From Mobula hypostoma (lineage: Eukaryota): a DNA stretch of 64,000 nt. This document shows positions 13,005-27,110 of the stretch, one piece after another; the first letter of the stretch is position 1; each line of letters opens with the position of its first letter. The notes under the pieces were generated by a model. That model made no database searches. It was not told the origin of the DNA and was given only the letters and a program-made list of their open reading frames with translations. The stretch is from the NCBI RefSeq assembly GCF_963921235.1, contig NC_086097.1, positions 229,092,001 to 229,156,000 of the forward strand, read 5' to 3'. A program made the translations under genes and the position numbers.

Positions 13005-13880
13005 ACATTGAGGATACAGAAGGACTTAGACAGATTAGGAGCATGGGCAAAGAAATGGCAGCTGGAATATAGTGTAGAGAAGTGTATGGTCATGCACTTT
13101 GGTAGAAGAAATGAAAGGGTTGACTATTTTCTAAATGGAGAGAAAATACAAAATACTGAGATGCAAAGGGACTTGGGAGTCCTTGTGCAGGACCCCTCAA
13201 GGTTAATTTGCAGGTTGAGTCTGTTCATTTCAAGAGGACTAGAATACAAATGCAAGGATGTAATGTTGTGACTTTATAAAACACTGATGAGACCTCACTT
13301 GGAGTTTTGGACTTCTTGCCTTAGTAAGGATGTGCTGAAATTGGAGAGGGTTCAAAGGAGGTTCAGTAAAATGACTCCAGGATTGAATGGCTTGTTATAA
13401 GAAGAGTGTTTGATGGTTTTTGGCCCTATATTCGCAGGAATTCAGAAAAATACGGGATACCTCATTGAAACCTATTGAATGGTGAAAGGCCTTGATTGAA
13501 TGGATGCGGCGAGGTACATGTGGAGGGTAAGTGTAAGACCAGTGGACACAGCCTCAGGATAGAGGAGCATCCTTTTAGAACCGGAATAAGGAGTAAGTTC
13601 TTTAGCCAGAGAGTATTGAATCTGTGGAATTCTTTGCCACAGGCACCCTTAGAGGCCAAGTCTTTATGTATATATATAGATATATATATATATATATAGA
13701 TATATATATATATATATATATATAAGGCAGAGGTTGACAGGTGCTCGATTGGTCAGGGTATGAAGGGATACGGGGAGAAGGCAGGAGATTTGGGTTGAGG
13801 GGAAAATTGGATCAGTCATGACGAAACAGCGGAGCAGACAAATGGCCGAATTCTGCCCCTATATCTTTTGGTTTTATGGT
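13005..13880 (+). mobile_element. CR1 3' fragment containing (TA)n
   Basis: QKDLDRLGAWAKKWQ and FFSQRVLNLWNSLP. Confidence 0.85.
13669..13724. repeat. (TA)n microsatellite, interrupted by GA
   Basis: Direct reading. Confidence 0.95.
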
Positions 13881-14042
13881 CAATGGTTGTTAATACAAAT
13901 GATGTATTTTGATATACATATGGTATAATAGATAACTGAATCTGAATTTTTTAAATATTTTTCTCTAATAGAAGATAATTTAGTATTTATAGTCACACAT
14001 AACACATCACACTCACTTCTTGGTTGGCACTGAACTACTTAC

Positions 14043-14224
14043 TCTCCATCTACTGTTGGTCTTCTGCATACACAGTGAAACTTGCCACCGAAGTCAATGT
14101 AAAGATCATCACCCACTACATGGAAGATATTACCAAGGACGACTTTATCTTTGGCAGGGCCCATCTGCATCAGAGGGGAGTGCCTCAATAATGAGGCAAA
14201 AGACTTTACATTCTGTGCGGACAC
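14043..14224 (-). CDS. MRPS28: MRPS28 coding exon 2 (S1-like domain, 182 nt)
   Basis: [60 protein letters not shown] closely matches the MRPS28 core. Acceptor ccttttAG at 14226-14225, donor GTAAGT at 14042-14037. Phase 0 in, phase 2 out. Exon 3 was not found in 1-14000. Confidence 0.97.
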
Positions 14225-15102
14225 CTAAAAGGCATGAAAAAGACAGCTTTAAAAGCGTATTCATTTCAGAACATTCTACCCTAATGCAACCTGTTCATTC
14301 ACATCAAACTTGACAACGCTTTATCTAATCAAGTAATTTTAACAATTATTTTCAGAAAATCCAACATTTACATCTATGATCCAAACAGGGTACATAATTC
14401 TGGGTGTCAGCAATAAAACAACTTATTAGTTATTGTTATGTTTGCCACATGAATAATTACAGAAAAATTCCAAGTTTGTAACAGACAGAAATATCTAGTA
14501 CCTGGAAGAATTATTGGTTTTCTTCAATGATGTATAAGGAAGAATAGAAGGTATTTGCAGATCATTGCATAAAACCTATGACTATAAAACAATTAACACG
14601 GAAAAGACATTTTATTTGTAATAGCAAAACGTGAAAAGTCTTCAAGACAAAATCTGATGTAAGGAATCAGGAGCACTTTCTCAACTAATTGTATACACAC
14701 TGATGACAAATTAACTTGGAAAATATTGCATTAAAAATTCTTGGCAAAGTTTTAGTTTAGAGAGACCATTGCTTTAGCATCAGCTAATAGGCATCATTTA
14801 ATATCTGCAACTTCTGCATAACTAATTTAAGTACACATTTCAATTGTCCTGCATTATTTGAGACTTATAGTATGCAGTGTATCCGACAACAATGGAATTG
14901 AACTTAATTGTAGTCCTCGATGTTCAAGTACACTTTCAGACTCTGCATGGCATAGATAACCCATATATGAGTTTCCATTTTTCTCTAATAAGGAGGTTGT
15001 AGCAAAATTCATAAGTTGATTGGAAGCAATGTCCAAGCCCTTTCTGTATTAAAAAAAGATCAGACTTCACTACTCTGGGATTATTCTGAAAAAGGAGACG
15101 AC

Positions 15103-15307
15103 CATTGTTCCCTCTAAGCTGTGTGGGCACGTAGTTGCACAGTAACTGAAATGCTCCCGTGCACGTAGCCTAAGTTTCTGCACGGCAGGAATTTTCTCCT
15201 ACATAATGTTTTACCAAAGTACCATTCAGTTTTCAGGCTTCCAAAAACTTCCTGCTCAGAGTAACTGTTGGTCTGTGCAGCTGTGAAAAAATATACAGGG
15301 AATGTTG
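15103..15307. mobile_element. Possible old hAT-type MITE
   Basis: Degenerate TIRs CATTGTTCCCTCTA / TACAGGGAATGTTG. No TSD seen. Confidence 0.45.
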
Positions 15308-16009
15308 AATGGGATTGAATAAGGTTCAGGCACTCATTTCAATGATGCTTTGTCTGTAGCTAGGAATCAGGTTGGGAACTGAAATACTATCTCATCAGAA
15401 CAAAATTAGTAATTTAACAGTTGCTTAATGAATTTTCCATATTCTTCTATAAATCTACACTACTGGAAGTGGCATAGAAATGAAAAAAAAACAGAGACAG
15501 GTGCTGAAATTCTAAATAGGGCTTAACAAGAGTTCTGAGAGTCAACATTTTTATTATGTTTAAAAAACTTCAATATTTTCTAGCTTTTACAGTTGCTTTG
15601 AGCAAAACCTCACATAATGGTATATGGAGGAATTTAAGGTGGGGGGTTATATGGGAGGCAGGGTTTGAGGGTCGGCACAACAATGTGGGCCGAAGGGCCT
15701 GTACTGTGCTGTACTATTCTATGTTCTAATGTGTCCTCAAATCTAGAAGCAGATTAATTATTGCAGATTCTGCTTCTTTTCCTTAAAATATTATATATAG
15801 AATACAATCTTTCTTTATTGTAAAGAAAGACTGTTCATAACTTTCAAAAGGTGGTTCAAAATAAGCCAAAAATGTATTAATTTTATTAAGCGTGTTTCCA
15901 TATGAAGTCAAGTACATTCAATGCATCTACTCTTTTTTGCCCCAATTTCTAGTTTTTCCCCATATTTTTACGTTCTAGTTGAGGACAAGATTCAAACCTA
16001 GAGGCAATT

Positions 16010-16570
16010 TAAATGGTTTAGCATGGACTAGATGGGCTAAAGGGCCTGTTTCTGTGCTGTACTTTTGTATGACTCTATGACTAGAATATAAAAGCAAGGA
16101 AGTAATGCTGAGCCTTTATAAGGCATTGTTTATACCAAAGCACTTGGAGTATTGTGAGCAGTTTTGGGCCCCTTATATAAGAAAGGCTGTGCTGGTATCC
16201 GAGATGGTCTGGAGGAGATTCACAAGAACAGCCCCAGGAATGGACATATGAGGAGCTCTGGGCCTGGACTCACTGGAGTATAGAAGAATGAGGGTAAAAT
16301 GTCATTGAAACCTATTGAATTGAAAGGCCTAGATAGAATGGACATTGAGAGGATGTTTACAATAATGTCTCAGAACAGAGGGACGTCTCTTTAGAACAGG
16401 GGTGAGGATGAATTTCTTTAGCCAGCAGGTGGTGAATCTGTGGAATTCATTGCCATAGACAGCAGTGGAGACTGAATCACTGGAAATATTTAAGGAAGAG
16501 GTTGATAAGTTCTTGCTTAGTAAGGGCTTCAAAGGTTGTAGGGAGAAGGCATGAGACTGGGGTTGAGAGG
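16010..16570 (+). mobile_element. CR1 fragments
   Basis: cacttggagtattgtgagcagttttgg and gtggtgaatctgtggaattcattgcc. Confidence 0.75.
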
Positions 16571-17874
16571 ATTAATTCTTGGAACTTTAGATCCACTGAA
16601 GTCAAGCATACTTTCCATTTTCTATGCTTTATTAAATTTGAAGATTTGACATATCTGAATAAAGACTATATTATGATGGTAATGAGTTGCATTGCGACTT
16701 TTAAAATGTACCAAGCCACTACTCTGGGCTTGCTTGGTTATTTTATGTTCAGGTTATTTTATGTTCAAGTTATTTAGTATCAAGATGCATGATCAGATTC
16801 ACGACAGAACCTCTTCAAAGAAAATTGTGCAAATTAAACAGTGACTAAAAGCTGAAATGACAATCACTCTGTTATGTTTTGTAAGCTCCAAGACATCAAA
16901 ATTAATTGAAAGGAAAACAAGATTGTGAGTCTAACTTCATATCATAATATCCGCCATTTACTTACTTTTACATATCACCTATGATGAATTTATTTAAACA
17001 ATGAATGGTTAATCAAAAACATATTTACAATATTACTCAAATAATACTTAAATATTAAACACACAACACTCCTCCCTGCTTAGCTATAAACCCCAACTCA
17101 ATATAGAATACATCTCAACTTAATACACCACACATGCAGTATACTATAAAATACAATTACTATCTGGACATCCACAGCAAAGTAAATTTTAAATTGCCCC
17201 ATTCGGTCTAAAGGTTAAACTGCTGTGTAGAATGTCTTACACTTGTGGAATAGCGTCTTTCCTGAGGGGTATGTGGGATGGGGGAGGATCACCCTGCTAG
17301 GCAGGAGAGACTTGTGGCTTTGAAACAATCACAGACTCTGAGGCCTTCTCCATGTTTTTGTAGGCGTTGAGTCTGGAACTGCAGGAAGTTGTTCTGACAG
17401 CTCCAGACACCTTTCTTCTGGACGTGTTGGTACCCCAAATAGTGCATGGCAAGCTTCACTGGATGAGGTGGATCATAATGTGTGAGTACAGTGCCTGAGA
17501 TCACTGTTTCCTTTATCTTTTGGAAAGCCACTTCACACCACTTTGTCCACTGCCATTTCTTCCCAATCTGTAGCAAAGCATTCAAGATGAAGAGCATAGT
17601 AGCCAAGTTTGGCGGGAACTTGTTACAGTAATTGACAAAACCTAAAACGCACCATAACTGTGATACGTCCTTTGGCCTTGGGCCATCCACCACTGCTTGA
17701 ATTTTCGCAGCACACTTGTGTAATGCTTGTGTGTCAATGGTAAGACCACAGTAAGTGATAGTTGCTTTAAAGAATTCATACTTGTTGAATCGTTCTCTGA
17801 GCCCAGAATCTTCTAATCTTTTTAACATTGCCTTGAGATTTTGGAGATATTCCTTGTCATCATTACCAGTAACA

Positions 17875-18820
17875 ATGATGTCACTCTCTCACTCATTGTC
17901 AATAAAACCAAAGAACTGATTCTGCACTTCAGGAGAAGGAAACCAGAGGTCCATTTGCCAGTATTCATCGGAAGATCAGAGGTGGAGAGTGTCAGTAACT
18001 TTAAATTCATGGGTGTCACTACCTCAGAGGACCTGTTCTGGACCTATCATATAAATATAATTGCAAAGAAAACACGACAGCACCTCTACTTCCTCAGGAA
18101 TTTGTGGATGTTCAGCATGTCATCAAAAACTTTGGCAAACTTCTATAGATGTGTGGGGAAAGCGTGCTGACTGGCTGCATTGAGCGGAAAATCCTACAAA
18201 AGGTAGTGGATTCAGCCCAGCACATCACGGGTAAAACCCTCCCAAACACTGAACACATCTAAATGAAACATTGCCATAGAAAAGCAGCATCCACCATCAA
18301 AGATCCTCACCACCCAAGCTATGCTCTTTTCTTGCTGATACCATCAGGTAGAAAGTACAAGAGCCTCAGGACTTACACCACCAGGTTCAAGAACATGCTC
18401 TTGAACAAAAGGGGATAACTACATGACGAAGGGTCTCGGCCTGAAACTTCGACTGCGCCTCTTCCTATAGATGCTGCTTGGCCTGCTGCGTTCACCAGCA
18501 ACTTTGATGTATGTTGCTTGAATTTCCAGCATCTGCAGAATTCCTGTTGTTAACTACATTCTTTCTGTTTCTGGTGTTCCTACAAGCGATGGACTCACTT
18601 TAAGGACTCTTTATCTTGCTATGTCATGCTTTTTCCTTTCATGTTATTTCATACCCATTAGTTATTGCTATTTATTTGCATTTGCGCAGTCTGTTGTTCA
18701 TTGATTCTGTTTACAATTACTATTCTATAGATTTGCTAAGTATGCCCGCAGGAAGAAGAATCTCAGAGTTGTATGTGGTGGCATGTATGTAGTGTGAATG
18801 AATCGTACTTTGAACTTCGA
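17875..18820 (+). mobile_element. Rex1/Babar 3' fragment nested in Gypsy
   Basis: NKTKELILHFRR...KFMGV...QHLYFLR...NFYRC. Confidence 0.8.
18424..18550 (+). mobile_element. Short PLE terminal-repeat insertion (same subfamily as 42.9-46.7 kb element)
   Basis: Near identical to the element's terminal repeat. Begins at TGACGA of the hammerhead. TSD TAACTACA at 18416-18423 and 18551-18558. Confidence 0.9.
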
Positions 18821-20160
18821 TACAGGTAACACTGAGTGCCTGGGCAGTCTTGCAGCACCTGGTCCATAGTTTTCTGCCAGAGTATTAATGTCAGATGCTA
18901 CTCCAAAAAATAAGTGTATTATACTGATTAGATTATTAGATTATGAGGACACGCAGTCCTCTTTTATTGTCATTTAGTAATACATGCATTAAGAAATGAT
19001 ATAATGTTCCTCTGATGTGATATCACAGAAACACAGGACAGACCAAGACTGAAAAACTAACAAAAGCCACATAAATTATAACATATAGTTACAACAGTGC
19101 AACGATACCATAACTTGATGAAGAACATACCGTGAGCACAGTAAAAAAGTTCAAAGTCTCTCGAAAGTCCCACATCTCACGCAGACGGGAGAAGGAAGAA
19201 AACTCTCCCCGCCATGCCTGACCACAGTCCAACTCTGAGTCATCCGAAAACTTTGAGCTCCGATCAGCCCTCCAACACCGAGTACCGTGCACCTTCTATG
19301 CCGAATGCTTCGATCCCAGCCTCGGTCACCAGCAGCAGGCAAAGCCGGGGATTTTGGGGCCTTCCCTCCGGATTTGATAAAGCCCTTTGTGAGTGCTTAT
19401 GGTGAGAAACACTTTGGACTCTTCTTCCATCTCTATCTATGAGTAGGCCTCAGCTAAGTCCACTTTGCTGAAGTGTTTTCTTCCAGATAGTTTTGCAAAG
19501 ATATCCTCTATCCTGGGCAGAGGATATTTACTTTCAGTACTGGATTGATGGTGACCTTAAGATCATCACAGATCCTGACAGACCCATTCTTCTCAGCTAC
19601 TGAGCCCACTGGCTTTGCCCGTGGGCTCCACTTAACCTTGGAAAGAATTCCTTCAACCTCCATGTGAACTAGCTCACTGGCTACTTTATCATGGATGGTA
19701 TAAGGCATCAGACAGGTTTTGCCAGACGTGGGTGTGACACTTTCATTTAACACTATTTGACCCTTGATATGTTTGAATATTCCAGGGCCATCCTTGAACA
19801 CTGTTGTGGCATCATCCAGTATCTTTCTTAATTCACTTTCAGCTGACTCTCTTGCAGGGGATGTGGCATGCTGGTGGATGGATCATCAATTAAGTTGTAG
19901 TTGTCTGGCCCTCCCGTTTTTTCCCACATACAAGCTTAATGTGGCCTGATGGTTGTTGAATTTCACTGTTACAAATGTTATCCCCACAGGAGTTATCTTT
20001 TCTCCAGTATAAGTTCTTAGTTGGATATCTGCAAGCTCCAGTTCAGTATCTTTGAAATGTCATTCAAACTCATTTTGTGGAATGACTGAAACAGCCGAGC
20101 CTGTGTCCAATTCCACGTTAATTAATTTGCAATTCACTTCTGCTACAAGCCACGTTGCTT

Positions 20161-20252
20161 GTCCTGACGAAGGTCTCGGCCTGAAACGTCGACTGCACCT
20201 CTTCCTACAGATGCTGCCTGGCCTGCTGCGTTCACCAGCAACTTTGATGTGT
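20161..20252 (+). mobile_element. Short PLE terminal-repeat insertion with intact hammerhead core
   Basis: GTC-CTGACGA-AGG(tctcgg)CCT-GAAACGTC^GACTG. Flanking duplication GTTGCTTGTC at 20154-20163 and 20253-20262. Confidence 0.85.
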
Positions 20253-21450
20253 GTTGCTTGTCTATTGTTATTTTTTACATTGTAAATCTCAAGGGCACCC
20301 AGTCCTGCCCCACTCTCATTATTATCAGATTTTTCATTAACAACATGCAGATTGGTGCTCTTTTTGAAACTGTATTTGACTTTTTATCTTTATCTCTTCA
20401 CTATCAGTCCATTTGTTTTGTCTGCCCAATATACTCTTTGCACGTGTCCTACTCTGCATTTTCTGCAAGTTTCACTTTGAAACCTACATCGGTCTAGTGT
20501 ATGTAAGCTCCCGGCACAACGGTGTCACAATTAACCAGGCAGGTTTCTGTTTAGACGTTGCAATTTCATTCCTGCTCACTTTCATTCCTGACTGCAACTC
20601 CATTAAGTCTCTGTCTGCTGTTTCCATTGATGCAGCAATTTCAACCGTTCTTCTAAATGTGAGTTGTGCTTCAGTTAGGAGCATTTTTGAATGCTTTCTT
20701 GTAAGATTCCACAAACTAAACCATCTCTCAGTGCATCATTAAGCCTGTTACTGAATTGACAATGGTCAATTTCTTCAATTCAGCCATATACACTGAAATG
20801 TACTCCCGTTCCTTTTGATTCTGCATATGAAACCTAAAGCATTCTGCACTTAAGATGTATTACTTTCACAATATCAGCAAAACTCATTTCAGCTGGTTTG
20901 GCATGAGCAGTTAGTCTTCTAAGCAAACTGTATGCCTTTAAATTTAATGCACTCAGCAAAATTAGTACTTGTTTCTTATTGGCTATTCCATTTGCTTTAA
21001 AACACTGCTCAATCTGCTCAGCGTACACAATCCAGTTATCTCTTGTGCAATCAAACATGTCAGTCATTCTGAAGTAGCCAGCCATTTCTGCTCTTTTTTT
21101 AATGATTATTTTCACCCAATATTCACTGCTTATAAACTCATGAACTATTCTGTTTTCTGCCTTTATTTTTTAACTCGATCGTCTCGGCCTCCTTTTCTGA
21201 AGAAATATGCTACACTGCTTTTTTTTTGCCTGACCGCTTCGCTGAATTTTTTTAAACTCCATCGGTCATCTCAGGTTCATTTTAAAAGTATCTCACTGCC
21301 ACTGTTATAGCTTGTAAACTCCAAAACTAATCAAAATACAAATATGGGAGAGCCAGGGATAACTCGTGTACCTCGTTTTTACTTTAAGCAAGGCATGCAG
21401 GTATTACATGGTAGCGTCATGACGTACATCACTTAAGTACTTTTACATAT

Positions 21451-21744
21451 TTTATTTATTTATTTATTGGCATACAGCATGGAGTAGGTCCTTCCGGCCC
21501 TTCAAGCTGCATTACCCAGTAATCCCCCAATTTAATCCTGGCCTAATCACGGGACAATTTACAATGACCAATTAACATACCAACCAGTTCATCTTTGGAA
21601 TGTAGGAGGAAACAGGAGCACCTGGAGGAAACCCACGTGGTAATGGGAAGAACTTATAAATGCCCTACAGGCCGTGACGGGAATTGAACTCAGGCTGCTG
21701 ATACTGTTAAGCGTTGAGGTAACCACTACACTACCTTGCTGCCC
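21451..21744 (-). mobile_element. V-SINE-like element in Gypsy LTR
   Basis: tRNA head + GTGGGTTTCCTCCAGGTGCTCC V-domain-like core + CR1-like tail + (AAAT)n. Confidence 0.8.
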
Positions 21745-22629
21745 ATAATGAATTATTTAAACAAAAGAATACTTACTCAGCAATATATTTACAATATTAC
21801 TCAAATATGACCAAAATATTAAATACATAACACCACTGTCAACACTAGTATGTCTCTCAGGCTCCTCAAGTGCAGTAGAGAGGTTGTTCTAATTCCTGTA
21901 GGTAGTTTCTTTATTGCTGAACAACTCTGAGGGTCAGTGTCGAATAACTAGAATTTTTGTGTGTACCAATTTTACAACGGAGTTCTGATTTTAAAGATGA
22001 AGCAAGAATAAAGCACTATGTCCAAATTTCTTTAGTAAATCTTCACTTCATCTTAGAACAGATGACCTACCGTTAATAGAAAACTATCAATATTCACAAT
22101 GAATATTGCATAACGTTACTAAGAACAACTGAAATTTGAGATACTTCAAGTATTTTATGACTTTGCAACAGCTCATTTAAGCTAAAGGGGAAACATTGCA
22201 ATTCAGCTATTCATCGTTGTTTCCTAGCTTGTCAATTTTATGCTACCTTGGGGTTGCAGTCTGAAATATATAATCCATCAGATCAACATATGGTTACCAG
22301 AGAGTTTCAAAGATATTGTTTCTAATATCCACACTGTTTGGAAATGGGAGTATGCTGTGCCTGAATCACTCTGGTTCTCAAGCCATGGAATGGTTTCTAA
22401 GATGCACGTACCCTCTTTGGGAGAGTCCTTTGCAATGGACAAAAGATTGTCTTGAAAGAGCTTTTGTCTAAATGTTTAAAATGTTATTTTAATAAGCAAC
22501 CAACTTCTGAAGGTAAACTCCTCATGAGGTTGACGTAGTACCTGCATCAATGACAGCTCCTTTGTAATAAGAAGGAAAGTTGTGTCTTTGTATTTCTTTA
22601 TTGAAAGATTTATTTGTCCATAATTAAAA

Positions 22630-24045
22630 ATTGCCTTTGTTGGGTCTCAGCACCTCTCTCTGTAAATGGATCCTGGACTTTTTGACAGAAAGATCACAGG
22701 CAGTACATGTTGGCAGGAACATATCTAGCTCCATCACACTGAGCACTGAAGCACCCTCCCCCCACCCTACCCCACCCCAGGGCTGTGTGCTCAGCCCACT
22801 GCTGATGCACGAATGTACTGCTAGATCCAGTTCAAAATAAATCAAGTTTGCTGACGACACAACAGTAGTTGGCCTCACCAACAATGATGACAAGATAGCA
22901 TACAGAGAGGAGGTAGAGTGGCTTATAGAACGATGAGAACACAACAACTTGAGACTCAATGTGTACGTGATCAAAGAGATGATCGGTGGACTTTAGGAAG
23001 GCAGAGGTAAACGCCCCTCACTGTATATAAATGATTCTTCTGTGGAGAGTGTTAGGAAAACCAAGTTTCTGGGAGTGCACATTATTGACCATCTCATCTG
23101 GTCCATCACCACCACCTCTTTAGTCAATAAAGCACTGTAGCATCTGAGGATATTAAGCTGAGCAAGGCTCCCCCTACACAACCTCAGTCTAACTCATTTT
23201 TACAGGAGCACCATTGAAAATGTCCTGACCAGCTGCATCACTGTCTGGAACAGGAATTACAAGGACCTACAAAGGATTGCAAGGACTGAGAAGAGGATCA
23301 TCGGGTCACCAGTACAATCATCCGAGATATTTATCAGGAGTGCTGCATACGCAGAGCCCTTAGCATTGTCAAGGTTCTCTTCTGTCCATCCCACAATGTC
23401 ATTGACTTCCCCCCCCCCATCCCACCATCAGGCAGAAGGTACCTTAGCATTAAGACAAGGGCTGTTAGGATGGGAAAAAGCTTCCTCCCTCAGGCTGGTA
23501 GACTCCTCAACTCTCTGCCACCACCCAGGTCTCATCACTTACAAAGCACCAGTACTGTTATACTGTTTACTTTTTAACTTGTGACATAAATGCAACTTAA
23601 GCTCCCTGGATTACAAATATTAAAAATAGTAAATATTAAAAATTTAAATTGTAAATCATAAATAGAAAATAGAAAAATGGAAAGTAAGGTAGTGCAAAAA
23701 AACCAAGAGGCAGGTCCGGATATTTGGAGGGTACGGCCCAGATCCAGGTCAGGATCCGTTCAGCAGTCTTATCATAGTTGGAAAGAAGCTGTTCCCAAAT
23801 CTGGCCGTACAAGTCTTCAAGCTCCTGAGCCTTCTCCCGGAGGGAAGAGGGATGAAAAGTCTGTTGGCTGGGTGGGTCATGTCCTTGATTATCCTGGCAG
23901 CACTGCTCCGACAGCGTGCGGCGTAAAGTGAGTCCAAGTTTGTTAATTTATTTGTGATTATGTGGTGCAACTTGGTCTGGAGGAACGTTGTTTTATTTGG
24001 CTGTATACATGTATACGGTTGAATGACAATAAACTTGAACTTGAT
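22630..24045 (+). mobile_element. Rex1/Babar remnant with nested opposite-strand Rex1 3' end (23600-23937)
   Basis: [23 protein letters not shown] and KFADDT motifs. The nested part matches 37385-37735. Confidence 0.8.
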
Positions 24046-25944
24046 ACATATGGCATAAATGTTGGCACAGCCTCGGGATATAAGGATGTACTTTTAGAAC
24101 AGAGATGACGAGGAATTTCTTTAGCCAGATGGTGGTGAACCTGTGGATTTCATTGCCTCAGTCGTCTGTGAAGTCCAAGTCATTGGGTATATTTAAAATG
24201 GAGGTTCATAGGTTCTTAGTTAGTAAGGAAGTCAAAGGTTATGGGGCAAGGGCAAGAGAATGGGGTCAAGAGGGATAATAAATCAGCCATGATGGAATGC
24301 CCTAGTTCTGCTGTGTCTTATGATCTTAGCAAAAAACATCTACAAACAAGGCTCTAAGATGAGGTACAGTTAGTATAGGAATTACTGGCTAATACAGCCA
24401 TGATAGTGCCTAATGATTAATGTAACCACAATGCAAAAGACACACATGCCTTTAGAAAAGTACTGGGTTCATTGGACAAACTGGACTATTATTAGGAAAA
24501 CAAGAATGCTTAAGGATTTGACTTAGAACACTGATGGCAAAAGGTTACAAGTTAGTTTGAATGGGAAACAGAGTCAAAAACATTTCACATGACACTTTTA
24601 GATAACTTGCTGTATTTATCAAATATGATAGTTTTAAATACAAAACATTCCCCAAGTTGTAAGATAAACAAGTACTGGCATCACTATTATTGCATTATAC
24701 AGAACGATATTTGCATCGCCAACTTCAATCCATGTGCCAAGTTACAGCATGAAGTTTTATTGCTGCTTGGAATAACTTCATTCTGCATAATCAACGCCAG
24801 GACCACCAGACTCAAAAACAGCTACTTCCCACAAACCGTTAGGCTGATCAACAAATTCACCCATGAAGCTACCCTGCCACTGCATATACATCAGCCACTT
24901 CTCTCCACAGCCTCTCAGCACCCTTCATCCCACGCACCCCCAACTTACGTTTATGCTCATCTCATTCCCACACTGAGACGGTCACTGTGTTTTCATATGC
25001 CCTTCTGCAAACTAGAAGAGTTCCTCTTGCCAAGAATCACATTGTCACTTAGTTATTTCCTGTCAGGGACATCTTATGCACTGATACTCCTATACCTAGC
25101 ATCACTTTATGTACTTATAAGGTAATCTTATGTATATACAGCACACTCAAACATTTACTTGCACACTGTGCTTTATAGGATTGCTTTTATATTTTTAGTT
25201 ATTGCATTTTTATGCTGCACGGGATCTGCAGTACGTAACAACCATTATGTCCTCCTTGACATTCACGTACTGAAGAGTGACAATAAGCAATAAACATAAG
25301 CTCTTTCATATATAGTCCCGGCATTAACTGCAATTAATAAATGTTCCTTCACATTTTACCAAAGAGTTTTAACTCGCGAGAAGAGTTATTTCATTATGGC
25401 TTCTATCTTCTCTCGTGTTGACAGCTTGAACCACTCGAGGTCGAGTTTCACATCAGGAAATGAGGGGTATAAAGTGTTGACACCTGACGGGAAACTCTAC
25501 CCTTTTCATCATTGCTCAGATGTCACCTGGTCCCAATGAATATACTTAAGAGCATGAAATAATAATTTAGATCTCAAATACAAAGCTGTAATATTAAATG
25601 AAAGTCAAAATAAATTGCAGGTGCTTTAGAAATAATAGTTTCCTGCATGAACCACTGGGCTCAAGGACAGCTTCTATCCCACTGTATTCAGACTCTTTAA
25701 CGGACCACATGTATAAGATATGCTCTCGACCTCACAATCTACCTCCTTATGATCTTGCACTTTATTGATTCCCTGCAGTGCACTTTCTCTGTAGCTTTTA
25801 CACTTTCTGCCTCAATGCACTGTACGAACTGTATACCAGAGGAGCTTTTCACTGTATCTTGGTACATATGACATTAATAAAACAATACTATGTTCTGCTG
25901 TAATACTAGAAATGGATTCTGCATTCCCAATTGTCACCACTAGA

Positions 25945-26200
25945 GTGTAGCAGTAAGCACAGCGCTATTACAGCTCGGGCGTCAAGAGTTCAGAGTTCAG
26001 TCCCAGCATCCTCCGCAAGGGGCCTGTACGTCCTCCCTGTGGCATGCGTAGGTCTTCTTTGGGTTCTCTGGTTTCCTCCCACAGTCCAAATACCGGTCAG
26101 TAGGTTAATTGGTCATTAAGCTAGTGGTAAGTCAGGGGTTGCTGGACGGCAGGGATCAAAAGGCCAGAAGGCCCCATCCTGCACTGTATCTCTAAATAAA
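25945..26200 (+). mobile_element. V-SINE-like element
   Basis: ggtttcctcccacagtccaaa...ggttaattggtcatt core. Confidence 0.7.
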
Positions 26201-26854
26201 TATCCGTACTCTAAGAAACAGTATTGCACCGAGGGTCAGTCCAGCAACATCAATCCTTTCGCAATGATCTACTAAAAGTCTCCTTTACCGAAGTAATGCT
26301 GATGCTGGAAATCTTATGTCTAAACAGAAAATGCAGGAAATACTCAGTCGGTCAGATAGCATTTGCACAATCACCAGCCTCTCTCAATATCATATGTACC
26401 AAGATACAGTGAAAGGCTCGTCTGGTATACAGATGGCACAGGGCATTGAGGTAGAAAGTGTGAAAGCTCCGTTCAATGCCACTTAAAAATCCAACCTATT
26501 GTGAGACACTTTCCTTGAAACACAAATCTATTTGTATGCATTTCCAGGTTCCGTCAGCTCTGATGAAAGGGCATCGTGAACTATGTTTCTCTCTTCACAG
26601 ATACTGCTCAGCCCACAGAGTATTTACAGCATTTTCTGTTTTCAGCATAATGGCGCTGTTTGGGGTTTGGACTCTGCAGCTCATGTTATGTGTGTTTCAG
26701 GTTACTCTCTTTTTTACTGCTATTTTGGGTGATTTTCATTGGGCGTACTGGCTCCATGGCCTGCAGTCAATGAATGACACGGCGCTAAACTGAACGGAAC
26801 GGAACATTCCCTCACTGCTTCAAGGACTCTGCGGTTTGACATTCAATGTTTTTG

Positions 26855-27110
26855 GGGCATCACAGCAGCGACGTGGTTAGCACAACACTTTACAGTACCA
26901 GCAACCTGGGTTCAACTCCCATCTGTGTGGGGTTTGTAGGTTCTCCCTGTGGGATGCGTGGATTTCCTCTGGGCGTTCCAATTTCCTCCCACCAGTTGGC
27001 AGGTTAAATGGCCATTGCAAATTGTCCTGTGATTAGGCGAGGTTTCAACCGGGTTTGCTGGGAGGGCTGGAAGGGTCTATGCCACGCTGTATCTCAACAA
27101 AATAAAAATA
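26855..27110 (+). mobile_element. V-SINE-like element
   Basis: tRNA head (gtggttag, gggttcaactcc) + gcgtggatttcctctggg core. Confidence 0.7.

Larger units (their letters stand above)
16870..21832 (-). mobile_element. Decayed, internally deleted Ty3/Gypsy LTR retrotransposon
   Basis: TG..CA LTRs at 16870-17068 and 21303-21832 (the latter SINE-interrupted). PBS-like TGGCAGTGAG next to the 5' LTR and PPT AAGCAGGGAGGAG next to the 3' LTR. Remnants of gag (20484-21115), protease and RT (19508-19801 NGSVRICDDLKVTINP; 17450-17828 LGFVNYCNKFPPNLA). Confidence 0.9.
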
